The notes: generated by a model from the sequence alone, not told the origin. Counted from the stretch's first letter, positions 9,744 to 19,338 are shown. The stretch is DNA of 64,000 bases from an uncultured bacterium (GCA_938028835.1 CALIMJ010000006.1:4759-68758); one strand, 5' to 3'. Numbers and translations: made by a program.

Positions 9744-11286
9744 CCCCCGCCCGCCCCCGCTCCCGCTCCGCCAGCACCCGCCGCAGGATCTTGCCGACCG
9801 CGGACTTGGGCAACTCGTCCACGAACTCCACCTCGCGCACCCGCTTGTAGGGGGCCACCCGCTCCCCCACGAACCGCAGCAGCTCCTCCAGGCTCACCGG
9901 CGCCCTGCGGACCACGAACGCCTTGGGTACCTCCCCCAGTTCGGGGTCGGGCCGGGGGACCACGCAGGCTTCACGCACCGCGGGGTGTTGACGCAGGACC
10001 TCCTCCAGCTCCGCGGGCGCGATGGAGTAGCCCTTGTACTTGATCATTTCCTTGCGGCGGTCCACCCACCACAGGTAGCCGTCCCCGTCGAACCGCACCA
10101 GGTCTCCCGTGCGGAACCAGCCGTCCGCGAACGCCTCCTGGTTGGCCTGCGGGTTGTTCCAGTAGCCCACGGTGACCATCGGCCCCCGCACCAGCAGCTC
10201 CCCCACTTCTCCCGCCTCCAGGTCCCGACCGGTCTCCGGATCCACCACCCGCTGGTCCAGTCCCGGCACCGGAGGTCCCACCGAACCCCGTTTGATCTTC
10301 ATGGGCGGGACCGCGATGTTCATCGGTCCCGCCGTCTCCGTCATGCCGATGTGCTCGGTGGCGGGGCAGCCGAAAACTTCCTCCGCCCGGCGGGCCAGCT
10401 CCGCGTCCAGGGGCAGGGCCGCGGTGTTCAGGAACCGCAGCCCGCGGTAGGCAAACCCCGTCCGCTCCGCGGCCTCCACCAGCTCCCACAGGGCTGGAGG
10501 CACGGCGAACAGCTCCCGAACCCGGTGCGTCTCCATCAGCCGCAACACCTCCACGGCGTCAAACCGTGGGACCAGCACCTGGCAGGCGCCCAGGCACACC
10601 CCGGCATTCAGCAGGGCCAGCAGGCCCGCGCAGTGGCACAGGGGCAGGAAGTGTACGTAGCGGGAGCGTTCCGTGATGAAGCCCACCGCCCGCCCGGCCA
10701 TCAGGTCCGCCACCACGTTGCGGTGGGTGAGGGCCGCGCCCTTGGGAAGGCCCGTGGTGCCGCTGGAGTACAGGATGCAGGCCAGGTCGTGCTGTGGGTC
10801 CAGGACCACGGGTTCGGGCTGCTGCCAGGGCTCTGCGGCTTCCTCCAGCTCGTCCAGGCTCAGCACGTAGCGCAGGGAAGAAGCCACGCCGGCCTCCCGC
10901 AGCTGGCCGACCCACTCCTTCGAGGCCAGGACCATCTGGGCTCCGGTGTCCAGCAGGCACCGCTGCACCTCCGGGAGCTTGCTGAGGGGGCTCAGAGGTA
11001 CCACAACCCCGCCCGCCCGGAGGACCCCGTAAAAGCCCAGGGGGACCTGCGGGCACGTGGGCGACAGGAACACCACGCGGTCGCCCTTCTCCAGCCCCAG
11101 CTCCTGCAGGGCCCGGGCCACCCTTCCGCTGGTGTCCCACAGCTGCCCGTAGGTGGTCACCCGCTCGGTAGGCCCCCACACCAGGACAGGCCGGTTCGGC
11201 TCCGACCGTGCCCACCGCTCCAGCAGCTGGCAGGAGGTCAGCTTGGGGACCGCCAGAGGATGCGCCGTGGGGTGACGGAACACCAA
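9736..11286 (-). CDS. AMP-dependent acyl/aryl-CoA synthetase (candidate 4-hydroxybenzoate/benzoate-CoA ligase)
   Basis: [15 protein letters not shown]-binding motif, GMTE, and the [15 protein letters not shown] hinge. 516 aa. Confidence 0.85.
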   Translation of the reverse strand: MVFRHPTAHPLAVPKLTSCQLLERWARSEPNRPVLVWGPTERVTTYGQLWDTSGRVARALQELGLEKGDRVVFLSPTCPQVPLGFYGVLRAGGVVVPLSPLSKLPEVQRCLLDTGAQMVLASKEWVGQLREAGVASSLRYVLSLDELEEAAEPWQQPEPVVLDPQHDLACILYSSGTTGLPKGAALTHRNVVADLMAGRAVGFITERSRYVHFLPLCHCAGLLALLNAGVCLGACQVLVPRFDAVEVLRLMETHRVRELFAVPPALWELVEAAERTGFAYRGLRFLNTAALPLDAELARRAEEVFGCPATEHIGMTETAGPMNIAVPPMKIKRGSVGPPVPGLDQRVVDPETGRDLEAGEVGELLVRGPMVTVGYWNNPQANQEAFADGWFRTGDLVRFDGDGYLWWVDRRKEMIKYKGYSIAPAELEEVLRQHPAVREACVVPRPDPELGEVPKAFVVRRAPVSLEELLRFVGERVAPYKRVREVEFVDELPKSAVGKILRRVLAERERGRAGGG

Positions 11287-11345
11287 CTTCCCTAGACCTC
11301 CTGCCCCACCGCCACCGTACCCGCTGCGGCCCTCAAGGACACCCC

Positions 11346-12347
11346 CTAGGAGGCCAGCGCTTCCAGAGCGCGGCGTACGTGGACGGGTGCCGTGCGCCTG
11401 CGATACAGGACCGTGAAGTCGGTGTTGTCCATGGGGTGCACGGCCCGGTGCACGGCCTGGCTCACCTGCTCCAAGACCTCTCCCTCCAGCCGCCGTCCGA
11501 CCACCAGGGACGCGGCTTCCTCCAGCACGAGGGGCCGGGAGGCAACCCCTCCCAGCACCAGCCGGCAGGACGCCACGGTCCCGTCCGGGTCCTGCCGCAC
11601 GGCTGCCGCCACACCCAGGGCCGCGAAGTCCAACGAACCCCGCCGCCGCACCTTGCGGTAGGTGCTGCGCAGCCCGTCCGCGGGCGGGAGCAGGACCTCC
11701 ACCACCAGCTCATCAGGCGACTTGTCCAGGTAGCGGATGCCGTCGTCCCGGTACAGGTCCTCCAGGGGCAGGACGCGCTCCCCTCGAGCGCCCACCAGCC
11801 GCACCTTCGCGCCCAGCGCGATCAGCGCCGGGGCCCCGTCGCCCGCGCTCACCGCCCAGCACCGCCCGCCGCCCGGCGCCACGCGGCACGGTACTTCCTG
11901 CGGGCTGTGGGGCCCGGGTGCCTTCATGCACCAGCCCACGGCCTCGCGCCAGTGCTCCGTCTGGTCGTAGTAGTTGCAGCGCGTGTCCAGGCACAGGTTC
12001 CCGCCCAACGTGCCCATGCGGTGCAAAATGGGGTTGGAGCACACCGCGACCGCTTGCGCCAGCGCACGGTAGGCGGAGCGCACCGCGGGCTGCGCGGCCA
12101 CCTCCGCCAGGGTGCACCCGGCGCGCAGCACCAGGCCCTGTTCCGGACTCCCGGACCAGCCCCGCAGCTCCCGCAGCCCGCGCAGGCTCACCAGGTACCG
12201 GGGCTGCAGCTGGCGGCGTTTCATCTTCGGGAGCAGGTCGGTGCCGCCCGCCAGCGGCGCCGCCTCCGGGCCCAGCTCCGCCAGCATGCGCGTGGCCTCC
12301 GCCACCGTGGCGGGCCGGAGCAACTGAAAAGCGGGCAGGCGCAGCAT
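11346..12347 (-). CDS. Molybdopterin dehydrogenase FAD-binding subunit (CoxM/HcrB-like) with Cys-rich insertion
   Basis: AGGTDLL FAD motif. Inserted loop CLDTRCNYYDQTEHWREAVGWCMKAPGPHSPQEVPCRVAPGGGRC, with Cys spacing 16/14/9. Confidence 0.8.
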   Translation of the reverse strand: MLRLPAFQLLRPATVAEATRMLAELGPEAAPLAGGTDLLPKMKRRQLQPRYLVSLRGLRELRGWSGSPEQGLVLRAGCTLAEVAAQPAVRSAYRALAQAVAVCSNPILHRMGTLGGNLCLDTRCNYYDQTEHWREAVGWCMKAPGPHSPQEVPCRVAPGGGRCWAVSAGDGAPALIALGAKVRLVGARGERVLPLEDLYRDDGIRYLDKSPDELVVEVLLPPADGLRSTYRKVRRRGSLDFAALGVAAAVRQDPDGTVASCRLVLGGVASRPLVLEEAASLVVGRRLEGEVLEQVSQAVHRAVHPMDNTDFTVLYRRRTAPVHVRRALEALAS

Positions 12348-12357
12348 CGGGCTCCCC

Positions 12358-14766
12358 CTATGCGGGCTGCGCCGCCTCCTCCCAGCTCTGGGGGCGGGGG
12401 ACCCGCTCCGGGGGCGGGAAGGAGAACGGCGGCACCTTGGTCGGGCCCACGCGGCCCGTCCGGCCCTTGCGCTGTTCCTCCAAAGCCTTGAGCACCCTCT
12501 CGGGCGTGGCGGGAACTTCGTCCACCCGCACCTTCAGGGCGTCCGCGATGGCGTTGAGGATGGCGGGCACCACGCACAGCAAAGGACCCTGGCCCACCTC
12601 CTTAGCGCTGAAGGGGGCCCGGGGTTCCTCCGTCTCGACCAGGAAGGTGATCACCTCCGGCATCTCGTACACGGTGGGCACCTTGTAGTCCAGCCAGGAC
12701 GGACCCCGGTGCAGCTCCTTGCGGAAGGCCTGCTCCTCCATCAGGGCCTCGCCCAGGGCCATGTGCACGCTGCCCTCCACCTGGCCCTCCACCAGCACCG
12801 GGTTGAGGGCCCGGCCGATGTCGTGGGCCACCCATACCCGCTCCACCTTCACCTCTCCGGTCTCGGGGTCCGCCTGCACCTCCGCCACGCACGCGGAGAA
12901 GGTGTAGGCGGGCGAGGGCCCCACCCCGGAGCCTTTGTACGTCCCCAGCTTCTGCGGGGGCCGGTAGCTGCCGGAGGTGGCCAGGCACCCGAACCTGGCC
13001 TCGGCCCACTGTGCCGCCTGGGCGAAAGAGCCACCGACTTGCGGGTTCGCCTCATCGAAGATTCGCCGGGACCGCGCCACCAGCCGGCTCCGGGGCACCT
13101 GCAGGCGTTCGGCCACCGCCTCGAACAGCAGGTCCCGCACCCGACAGGCGGCCTCATACGCCGCGTTGCCCACCATGAGCGTCACCCGGCTGCTGTAGCT
13201 GCCGAGGTCGATGGGAGTGAGGTCCGTGTCGGAGGTCACCAGGCTTACGTCCTGGGGCTGCAGTCCCAAAACCTCCGCCACGATGGTGGCCACCGCGGTG
13301 GCCGAGCCCTGCCCGATCTCCGTGGCCATGGTGTACACGGTCACCCCGCCCGAGCGGTCCACCCGCAGGTGAACCTCGGAGTGGGGCATGTCGCTGTAGT
13401 AGATGGAGCCGCCCGCGCCCGTGAGGTAGGCGCTGCACGCAAACCCCAGCCCCCGCCCGTAGGGCAGCCGGCCCCGACGCTCGTGCCACCCGCTGGCCTC
13501 CACCACCTTCTCGATGCACGCCCGCAGCCCGTTGCTGGTGATCTCCAGCCAGTTCACCGTGAGCTCGTTGGGCCCCGTGAGGTTGCGCAGCCGCAGCTCC
13601 ACGGGGTCCAGGCCCAGCTCCTCGCTCAGCTTGTCCAGGTGCACTTCCAGGGCGCAGCGGGCCTGCGGGGTGCCGTGGCCGCGCTTGGGGCCGCACGGCG
13701 GCTTGTTGGTGAACACCCGGACGGCCTGGAACCGGTAGTGGGGAATCCGGTAGGTGACCGGCTGCTGCGTGCCGGCGTAGAGCATGGTGGCGGGGCCGAA
13801 GGAGCAGTACGCCCCACCGTCCAGATAGGCCTCCACGTGCATGGCGGTGATGCGGCCGTCCCGCTTCACCCCCGTCCGGATCCGCAGCAGCTCCGGGTGC
13901 CGGCCCCGGTGCGCGTAGAACACCTCCTCCCTCGTGAGGGTGATCTTCACCGGCCGGCCCGTGAGCATGCTGAGCTTGGCAGCACACACCTCGTGGTGGA
14001 AGATGTCCAGCTTGCCGCCGAACCCCCCGCCTACTGCGGGTACCACCACCCGCACCTGGTGCTCCTCCAGGCCCAGGGCCTTCGCCAGTCCCCGGTGCAG
14101 GTAGTGGGGGCCCTGGTGGGACGTCCACAGGGTGAGCTTCCGCGCCCCGGGGTCCCACCAGGCCAGGGCGCTGTGCGGCTCCAGGGGCGCGTGGGTGCTG
14201 CCCTCGTAGAAGAACAGGTCCTCCCGCACGTGGTCGGCTTCCGCGAAACCCACCTCCACGTCGCCGAACTCCAACGAGGCCAGCCGGTGGACGTTGCCAA
14301 ACGGCCCGTACTCGTGGATGCGGGGCTCCGGGTTCCGCAGGGCCTCCTCCAGGTCCATGCGGGCCGGCAGCGGTTCGTACTCCACCTCCACCAGCCGGGC
14401 GGCCTCCTCCGCGGTGTACGGATCCACCGCCGCCAGGGCGGCCACCGGCTCGCCCACGTAGCGCACCTTGTCCACCGCCAGCGCGGTCTCGTCCTGCCCC
14501 ACGGGGAACACGCTGTAGCGGACCGGGACGTCCCGGCCCGTGATGGCCGCCACCACCCCGGGAAGCTGCAGGGCCCGCTCCAGCCTGACCGACACCAGCT
14601 TGGCGTGCGCGTGCGTGCTGCGCACCAGCTTGCCGAACAGCATGCCCGGAAGGCTGAGGTCGTCGGTGTACTGGGCGCGGCCGGAGACCTTGGCCCAGCC
14701 GTCCACCCGCGGCAGGCGCTGGCCCACCACGTTCCACACGCGTTCCCGCTCCTTCAGGACCCGCAT
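12358..14766 (-). CDS. Xanthine-oxidase-family molybdopterin-binding large subunit (HcrA/CoxL-like)
   Basis: 802 aa starting MRVLKERERVWNVVGQ. Ald_Xan_dh family-like throughout. The N-terminal 122 codons of the 924-aa ORF are rejected. Confidence 0.85.
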   Translation of the reverse strand: MRVLKERERVWNVVGQRLPRVDGWAKVSGRAQYTDDLSLPGMLFGKLVRSTHAHAKLVSVRLERALQLPGVVAAITGRDVPVRYSVFPVGQDETALAVDKVRYVGEPVAALAAVDPYTAEEAARLVEVEYEPLPARMDLEEALRNPEPRIHEYGPFGNVHRLASLEFGDVEVGFAEADHVREDLFFYEGSTHAPLEPHSALAWWDPGARKLTLWTSHQGPHYLHRGLAKALGLEEHQVRVVVPAVGGGFGGKLDIFHHEVCAAKLSMLTGRPVKITLTREEVFYAHRGRHPELLRIRTGVKRDGRITAMHVEAYLDGGAYCSFGPATMLYAGTQQPVTYRIPHYRFQAVRVFTNKPPCGPKRGHGTPQARCALEVHLDKLSEELGLDPVELRLRNLTGPNELTVNWLEITSNGLRACIEKVVEASGWHERRGRLPYGRGLGFACSAYLTGAGGSIYYSDMPHSEVHLRVDRSGGVTVYTMATEIGQGSATAVATIVAEVLGLQPQDVSLVTSDTDLTPIDLGSYSSRVTLMVGNAAYEAACRVRDLLFEAVAERLQVPRSRLVARSRRIFDEANPQVGGSFAQAAQWAEARFGCLATSGSYRPPQKLGTYKGSGVGPSPAYTFSACVAEVQADPETGEVKVERVWVAHDIGRALNPVLVEGQVEGSVHMALGEALMEEQAFRKELHRGPSWLDYKVPTVYEMPEVITFLVETEEPRAPFSAKEVGQGPLLCVVPAILNAIADALKVRVDEVPATPERVLKALEEQRKGRTGRVGPTKVPPFSFPPPERVPRPQSWEEAAQPA

Positions 14767-15251
14767 CCCGATGGCCTCCCCGTCTCGCGAAGCCGCCGCG
14801 CCGCGGCCTGCACCGCCTCCAGGATCTTCACGTAGCCGGTGCAACGGCAGAACACCCCCGCCACCGCCTCCCGCACCTGCTCGCCCGACGGCTCGGGGAC
14901 ACGGTCCAGCAGCGCCTTGGTGACCAGCACCATGGCGGGGGTACAGTAGCCACACTGCAGGGCGCCACTGTCCACGAAGGCCTGTTGCACCGGGTGCAGC
15001 TGACCGTCCGTAGCAAGCCCCTCCACGGTGGTGACCTCGTGGCCTTCGAGCTCTTGGGCCAGGAGCAGGCAGGACAGCGCAGGCTCCCCGTCCACCAGTA
15101 CCGTGCAGATCCCGCACTCCCCCAGCTCGCACCCGTGTTTGGTCCCCACTAGCCCCAGGTCCTCCCGCAGCACCTCCAGGAGCGTGCGGTGGGGCGGCAC
15201 CAGCACCCGGTGCTCCTGCCCGTTCACCCTGAGCCGGACCACACGCTCCAT
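14754..15251 (-). CDS. (2Fe-2S)-binding small subunit (HcrC/CoxS-like)
   Basis: CELGECGICTV ferredoxin-type motif plus CGYCTPAMV...CRCTGY second cluster motif. 165 aa. Overlaps the large-subunit start by 13 nt. Confidence 0.9.
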   Translation of the reverse strand: MERVVRLRVNGQEHRVLVPPHRTLLEVLREDLGLVGTKHGCELGECGICTVLVDGEPALSCLLLAQELEGHEVTTVEGLATDGQLHPVQQAFVDSGALQCGYCTPAMVLVTKALLDRVPEPSGEQVREAVAGVFCRCTGYVKILEAVQAAARRLRETGRPSGCGS

Positions 15252-15266
15252 CCCACCCTCCCTTGA

Positions 15267-15298
15267 ACTGACCGGTCAGTCTAGTCCCTTCGTACCCC
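15267..15298 (-). promoter_or_regulatory. Palindromic operator-like motif ACTGACCGGTCAGT plus CGTACCCC upstream of the hcrC-like gene
   Basis: GACCGGTCAGTC starts 19 nt upstream of the hcrC ATG. The identical 12-mer plus CGTACCCC recurs at the same distance upstream of the bcrC-like gene. Confidence 0.35.
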
Positions 15299-15337
15299 TT
15301 GCCTAGTCCGCCAGCAATCCGGCGCAGGCCGGATGAC

Positions 15338-16741
15338 CTAGGTCCTACGTCCGACGGAGGGCAGGAAGTCCTCCAGGCGCACCCGGTCCCAGCCCATGGG
15401 CTTCAACCGCTGAAACGGCTTTCGCGCGTCCTCCCCCGCGCACAGGGGCGGCTTGGTGGCGTCGATGAGGAGCTTGCCGCCCACCCGGTTCCAGTACGGG
15501 CCGCCGGGTGGTATCAGCTCCCGCGCGGACGGGTCCATGGGGTGCACCCGCACGCCGGGGATCACCACTACGTCTGTCTCGGGGTTGCAGCGGGTATTGA
15601 CGGCCCACAGGACCTCCCAGGGCTGGTAGGGGTCCACGTCCTCGTCCACCGCGATGGCGACCTTGGGGTGTAGCACGGGACTGCTGACCACGCCCAGGAG
15701 CACCTGCTTGGCCTCACCCCAGAAGCGCGGCGTCATCTGGACCACCACCCCGAAGATTCCGGGCAGCACCACCACGTTGTGCAGCTCCACGTGGCCCGCA
15801 ATGCTCCGGATGTGGTTGTAGATGGCCGCCGCCAGCGGCACCTTGTGGAACACACAGCCCTCGACCTCCGACCCGTTCTGCACCGCCTTGTAGATGGCGT
15901 CCTGCCGCAGGGTGATGCAGTCCACCTCCACCACGGGGTTATGCCCCATCCCCGCCACGTAGTAGTCGTGGAACTCGGAAAACGGTCCTTCCGGCTCCCG
16001 CACGTGGGGCAGGACCTTCCCCTCCAGCACGATCTCCGCGTCCGCGGGGACTTCCAGGTCGTTGGTCTCGCACCGGACCACCTGGACCGGCTCGCCCAGC
16101 AAGCCGCCCGCCAGCTCCAGCTCGTCCATCTCGAAGGGCCCGCTGGTGGCAGCGGCCATGTAGTGCAGCGGGTGGTGGCCGATGTAGATGGCCACGGGCA
16201 TCGCCTCGCCCGCGGCCTCGTACGCGTCGTAGATGCGTCGGGTGTGCCGTGGGACCATGAGGATCCCCAGCTTGCGGGGGCCCTTCACCTGCAGGCGGTG
16301 GAAAGCGACGTTGCGCTTGCCCGTGGCCGGATCGCGGCAGACTACCAGACCCGAGGCGATGTAGGGCGGTTCCTCGCTCCCGTTGACGTGCACGGGCAGC
16401 CGGGTCACGTCCGCCTCCGTGCCCTTCCACACCACCTCCTTCACCGGGCCGGAGGCCACCCGCTGCGTAGGGACCCGCCGCTGGGACCGCTCGGCCGCGG
16501 TGGGGGTCAGGCGCTGCAGGGTAGTGCCGTACGCCAGCGCCGCGTGACGCAGGTTCGCGGGCGCCATGCCCAGGCTGCGCCATCCCGGGTAGCCCACCAG
16601 GTTCTCGAACAGCAGGGCTTTCTCCCGGGATTGGTACAGCAGAGCTCCCATCTCCGTGCGGGGATCCACCGGGCTGCGCACCCGCACCAGTTCCCCGACG
16701 TCTTCCAGCTGGGCGATCCACGTGCGCATGTCCGCCGGCAT
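15338..16741 (-). CDS. UbiD-family (de)carboxylase (4-hydroxybenzoate decarboxylase / phenylphosphate carboxylase-like)
   Basis: 467 aa, UbiD-like throughout, with the C-terminal LLIDATKP motif. Confidence 0.9.
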   Translation of the reverse strand: MPADMRTWIAQLEDVGELVRVRSPVDPRTEMGALLYQSREKALLFENLVGYPGWRSLGMAPANLRHAALAYGTTLQRLTPTAAERSQRRVPTQRVASGPVKEVVWKGTEADVTRLPVHVNGSEEPPYIASGLVVCRDPATGKRNVAFHRLQVKGPRKLGILMVPRHTRRIYDAYEAAGEAMPVAIYIGHHPLHYMAAATSGPFEMDELELAGGLLGEPVQVVRCETNDLEVPADAEIVLEGKVLPHVREPEGPFSEFHDYYVAGMGHNPVVEVDCITLRQDAIYKAVQNGSEVEGCVFHKVPLAAAIYNHIRSIAGHVELHNVVVLPGIFGVVVQMTPRFWGEAKQVLLGVVSSPVLHPKVAIAVDEDVDPYQPWEVLWAVNTRCNPETDVVVIPGVRVHPMDPSARELIPPGGPYWNRVGGKLLIDATKPPLCAGEDARKPFQRLKPMGWDRVRLEDFLPSVGRRT

Positions 16742-16748
16742 GGCCGCC

Positions 16749-16886
16749 CTACCGCAGGACCTCCGCCCACTTGGCCAGCACCCGCTCCCGCACCTCGGGG
16801 CTGGAGGCGGCCACGGGCGGGAACCGGTCCTTCCACTCGAAGGGACGGGTGGCGTCGATCACCGCGCGGGAGTTGAACCGTTCTGC
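16749..16886 (-). pseudogene. C-terminal fragment of a second UbiD-family gene, truncated at the insertion-sequence boundary
   Basis: Translation VAERFNSRAVIDATRPFEWKDRFPPVAASSPEVRERVLAKWAEVLR* matches UbiD C-termini (IDAT motif). There is no start codon. The frame is closed by TGA exactly where TnpB-derived sequence begins. Confidence 0.5.
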
Positions 16887-16899
16887 AACTCATGGTCAT

Positions 16900-17427
16900 C
16901 TATTTCCACAGTGGGATAGATAACCGGTTGCTTCCTGCCTCATCGACCCATAGCTCGTAGACCAGCTGCACCGTTCCGCCGCCAGAGGGATCTCCGCAGG
17001 CGTCACTTCCCGGGGAACTCCCGGTAGGGCTGCTTAGGACAGCCAGGCCATATTCTCGCAGGTTCAGCGCGGCGTTCAGGTCCCGGTCTAGTTCTAGACC
17101 GCACGCCGCACACCGGAAAACCCGGCGGGAAGGGTGTAGCCTGGGCCCCACCATCCCGCACCGCCAGCACCGCCTGGTGGACGGGAAGCCCCCAGATGCC
17201 ACGATGAGCTGCGATCCGTACCAGTGGGCCTAGTACTCCAGCATCCGCCGGAAGCTAGCCCAGCTCACATCGGCTGCACGTCGGGACAGCCTCCCCCCGG
17301 CCAGCCCCCGCACGTTCAGGTCTTCCACCACGATGACTGGCTTGGTTCTCACCAGCCATGTAGTGACCTTGTGCAGGAAGTCCCGGCGGATGCAGCGAAC
17401 CCGGCGGTGCAGCCGTGCCAGCCGCAA
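16900..17427 (-). mobile_element. tnpB: Degenerate IS605/IS1341-type TnpB (OrfB) remnant: frameshifted C-terminal half only
   Basis: Fragment 17230-17427 encodes RRDFLHKVTTWLVRTKPVIVVEDLNVRG...FRRMLEY (RuvC-II region). Fragment 16900-17202 encodes RRVFRCAACGLELDRDLNAALNL (zinc finger plus RuvC-III). The two frames differ. The N-terminal approximately 200 aa are absent. AT-richer end sequences flank the remnant. Confidence 0.7.
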
Positions 17428-17488
17428 GGCTGCCGCCAGGCGGTGATGTAGCTGATGCCCTCGAGACGAGCTCAGTCTGAAAGTTTCA

Positions 17489-18589
17489 TCAGTAATAAAC
17501 GATCACAAAGACGGGGCCAGCTGTCACCCCCCGCGCCTCCAACTGCGGGTCCTCCCGGATGTCCCGCGGGTCGGCCACCGGGTAGCCCAGGATCCCCCGG
17601 CGCAGGGCCTCGTGGGTGAACTCCGCCTTGGTCCGCTCCGCCAGGAACGCCGCGATGGCCTCCTCCAGCCGATCGATCTCCTCCTGGGTCGCGGTGACCA
17701 CGTCGAAGGCCTCCCAGTCGCGGCCCCGCAACGCCTCCGGCAACGCCCCACACTCCTCCATCCAGCGCACCAGGGCCGCGTTGGAGTGGCGGCCCGCCTC
17801 CCCGGAGTACAGGATGAAGTTGATGTACCCGTCCCGGCACCGGTACACGGCCCGCACCCGCGCGCCGTGCACGTTGCGGCCCACCATGGCGTTGCCGGCC
17901 CGGCGCAGGTCCCTCCCGAACAGGCTGTAGTACGCGGGCGCGTTGGCCAGGGCGCTCAGCAGGCTGGCCTGAACGGACACGTCCACCAGCTGGCCGCGTC
18001 CGGTCCGCTGGCGGTACAGGTGCGCTACCAGGGCACCCGCGGCCGCGTACAGGCTTCCCCACAGGGGCGCCTGCGGCAACGACACCCGCAACGGCGAGCC
18101 GTCAGGCCTTCCGACCAGCTGCATGAGCCCGCTGGCCGCCATCACCACGAGGTCCGGACCTCGCCACCCGCTGCGGGGACCCGTGCGCCCGAAGGGCGTG
18201 AGGGACACCCACACCACCCGCGGGTTGCTCTCCCGCAGCTGCGGGTAGCCGACACCCAGCTCCTCCAGGAAGCCCGGCGGGTAGGACTCCACCACGAAGT
18301 CCGCGCGCGCCACGAGGCGCGCGAAAAGCTCCCGCCCCCGGGGATCCTCCAACGCCAGGGTGATGCCCCGCTTGTTGGCGTTGTACGCAAGCCACGGGAG
18401 GCTGCGCTCCGGGTGGGGTTCGTCACGGTAAAAAGGACCCCGCCACCGGCCCGGGTCCCCGCCCGGGGGCTCCACCTTCACCACGTCCGCGCCCAGGTCT
18501 CCCAGCAGCCGGCCGCAGAACCAGCCGGCCTCGTCCGTGAGGTCCAGCACCCGGTAGCTGGCCAGCAGGCTGGAGGCTTCCCTCACCAC
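17489..18589 (-). CDS. Family III CoA-transferase (CaiB/BaiF/Frc-like), possibly 3'-altered
   Basis: N-terminal YRVLDLTDEAGWFCGRLLGDLGADVVKVEPPGG is the family III signature. Approximately 366 aa from the GTG, which is short for this family. The last codons (VFVIVYY*) are AT-rich and adjoin the IS remnant. Confidence 0.7.
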   Translation of the reverse strand: MVREASSLLASYRVLDLTDEAGWFCGRLLGDLGADVVKVEPPGGDPGRWRGPFYRDEPHPERSLPWLAYNANKRGITLALEDPRGRELFARLVARADFVVESYPPGFLEELGVGYPQLRESNPRVVWVSLTPFGRTGPRSGWRGPDLVVMAASGLMQLVGRPDGSPLRVSLPQAPLWGSLYAAAGALVAHLYRQRTGRGQLVDVSVQASLLSALANAPAYYSLFGRDLRRAGNAMVGRNVHGARVRAVYRCRDGYINFILYSGEAGRHSNAALVRWMEECGALPEALRGRDWEAFDVVTATQEEIDRLEEAIAAFLAERTKAEFTHEALRRGILGYPVADPRDIREDPQLEARGVTAGPVFVIVYY

Positions 18590-19338
18590 GGAGATCCTAC
18601 CTTCCTCCGCCGGGACAGCCTCTGCACGCGCTCCGCGAAGTACGCCAGGTGCTCCCGCATGAGGGACCGGGCGCGCTCTGAGTCTCGGGCCTGCACCGCG
18701 TCCAGGATGGCCTGGTGATCCTCTACCGCTCGCGCGGCCATGGCGTCGTCGGGCAGCAGGCGCGCCAGCACCTCGTGGAACAGGGCACGGAAGGAGGCCA
18801 GGGCGGCCACCAGCACGGGGTTCCCGGAGGCCTCCGCCAGCGCCGTGTGGAACCCCACGCTGTGGGGGATGAAGTAAGGGTCGCCGCGCTGCCGCCCCGC
18901 ACGGGCCTGCTCCACCGCCGCGCGCATGGCCTCCAGGTCCCTGGGCCGCGCCCGCTGTGCGGCCAGGGCGGCCACCTCCGGCTCCAGGAGCAGCCGGGCC
19001 TCCGCCAGCGCCCGCAGCGACGCCCGGTTCACCCGCAGGAGGTTCGCCAGCGACTCCGTGACGTGCCGCGGCTCGGGCACCGACACGAACACCCCACCCC
19101 TGGCACCGACGCGGATCCGCACGAAGCCCTCGGACTCCAGGATCCGCAGGGCGTCGCGGATGGTCACCCGGCTGAGCCCGAACTGCCGGGCCAGCTCCTT
19201 CTCCGACGGCAGCCGCTGCCCGCTGCGGAGCTGGCCCCTCAGGACCATCTCCTTGATGTGCCGGACCACCGCGTCCGAGGCGCGCACGGGGCGGGGCGGT
19301 TCGACCGGAGTGCGGACGAGGGGTTCCGCTTGCGCCAT
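18583..19338 (-). CDS. GntR-family transcriptional regulator (FadR-type C-terminal domain)
   Basis: LPSEKELARQFGLSRVTIRDALRILESEGFV winged HTH. Start taken at the internal ATG (MAQAEP) rather than the 5' extension. No obvious RBS, so possibly leaderless. Confidence 0.7.
   Translation of the reverse strand: MAQAEPLVRTPVEPPRPVRASDAVVRHIKEMVLRGQLRSGQRLPSEKELARQFGLSRVTIRDALRILESEGFVRIRVGARGGVFVSVPEPRHVTESLANLLRVNRASLRALAEARLLLEPEVAALAAQRARPRDLEAMRAAVEQARAGRQRGDPYFIPHSVGFHTALAEASGNPVLVAALASFRALFHEVLARLLPDDAMAARAVEDHQAILDAVQARDSERARSLMREHLAYFAERVQRLSRRRKVGSPW

Noticed and set aside
17472-18062. 196-aa ORF overlapping the CoA-transferase in another frame (and the 17224-17451 plus-strand ORF over the TnpB remnant)
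   Set aside because: It is an alternative-frame overlap of a domain-supported gene. Low-complexity translation.
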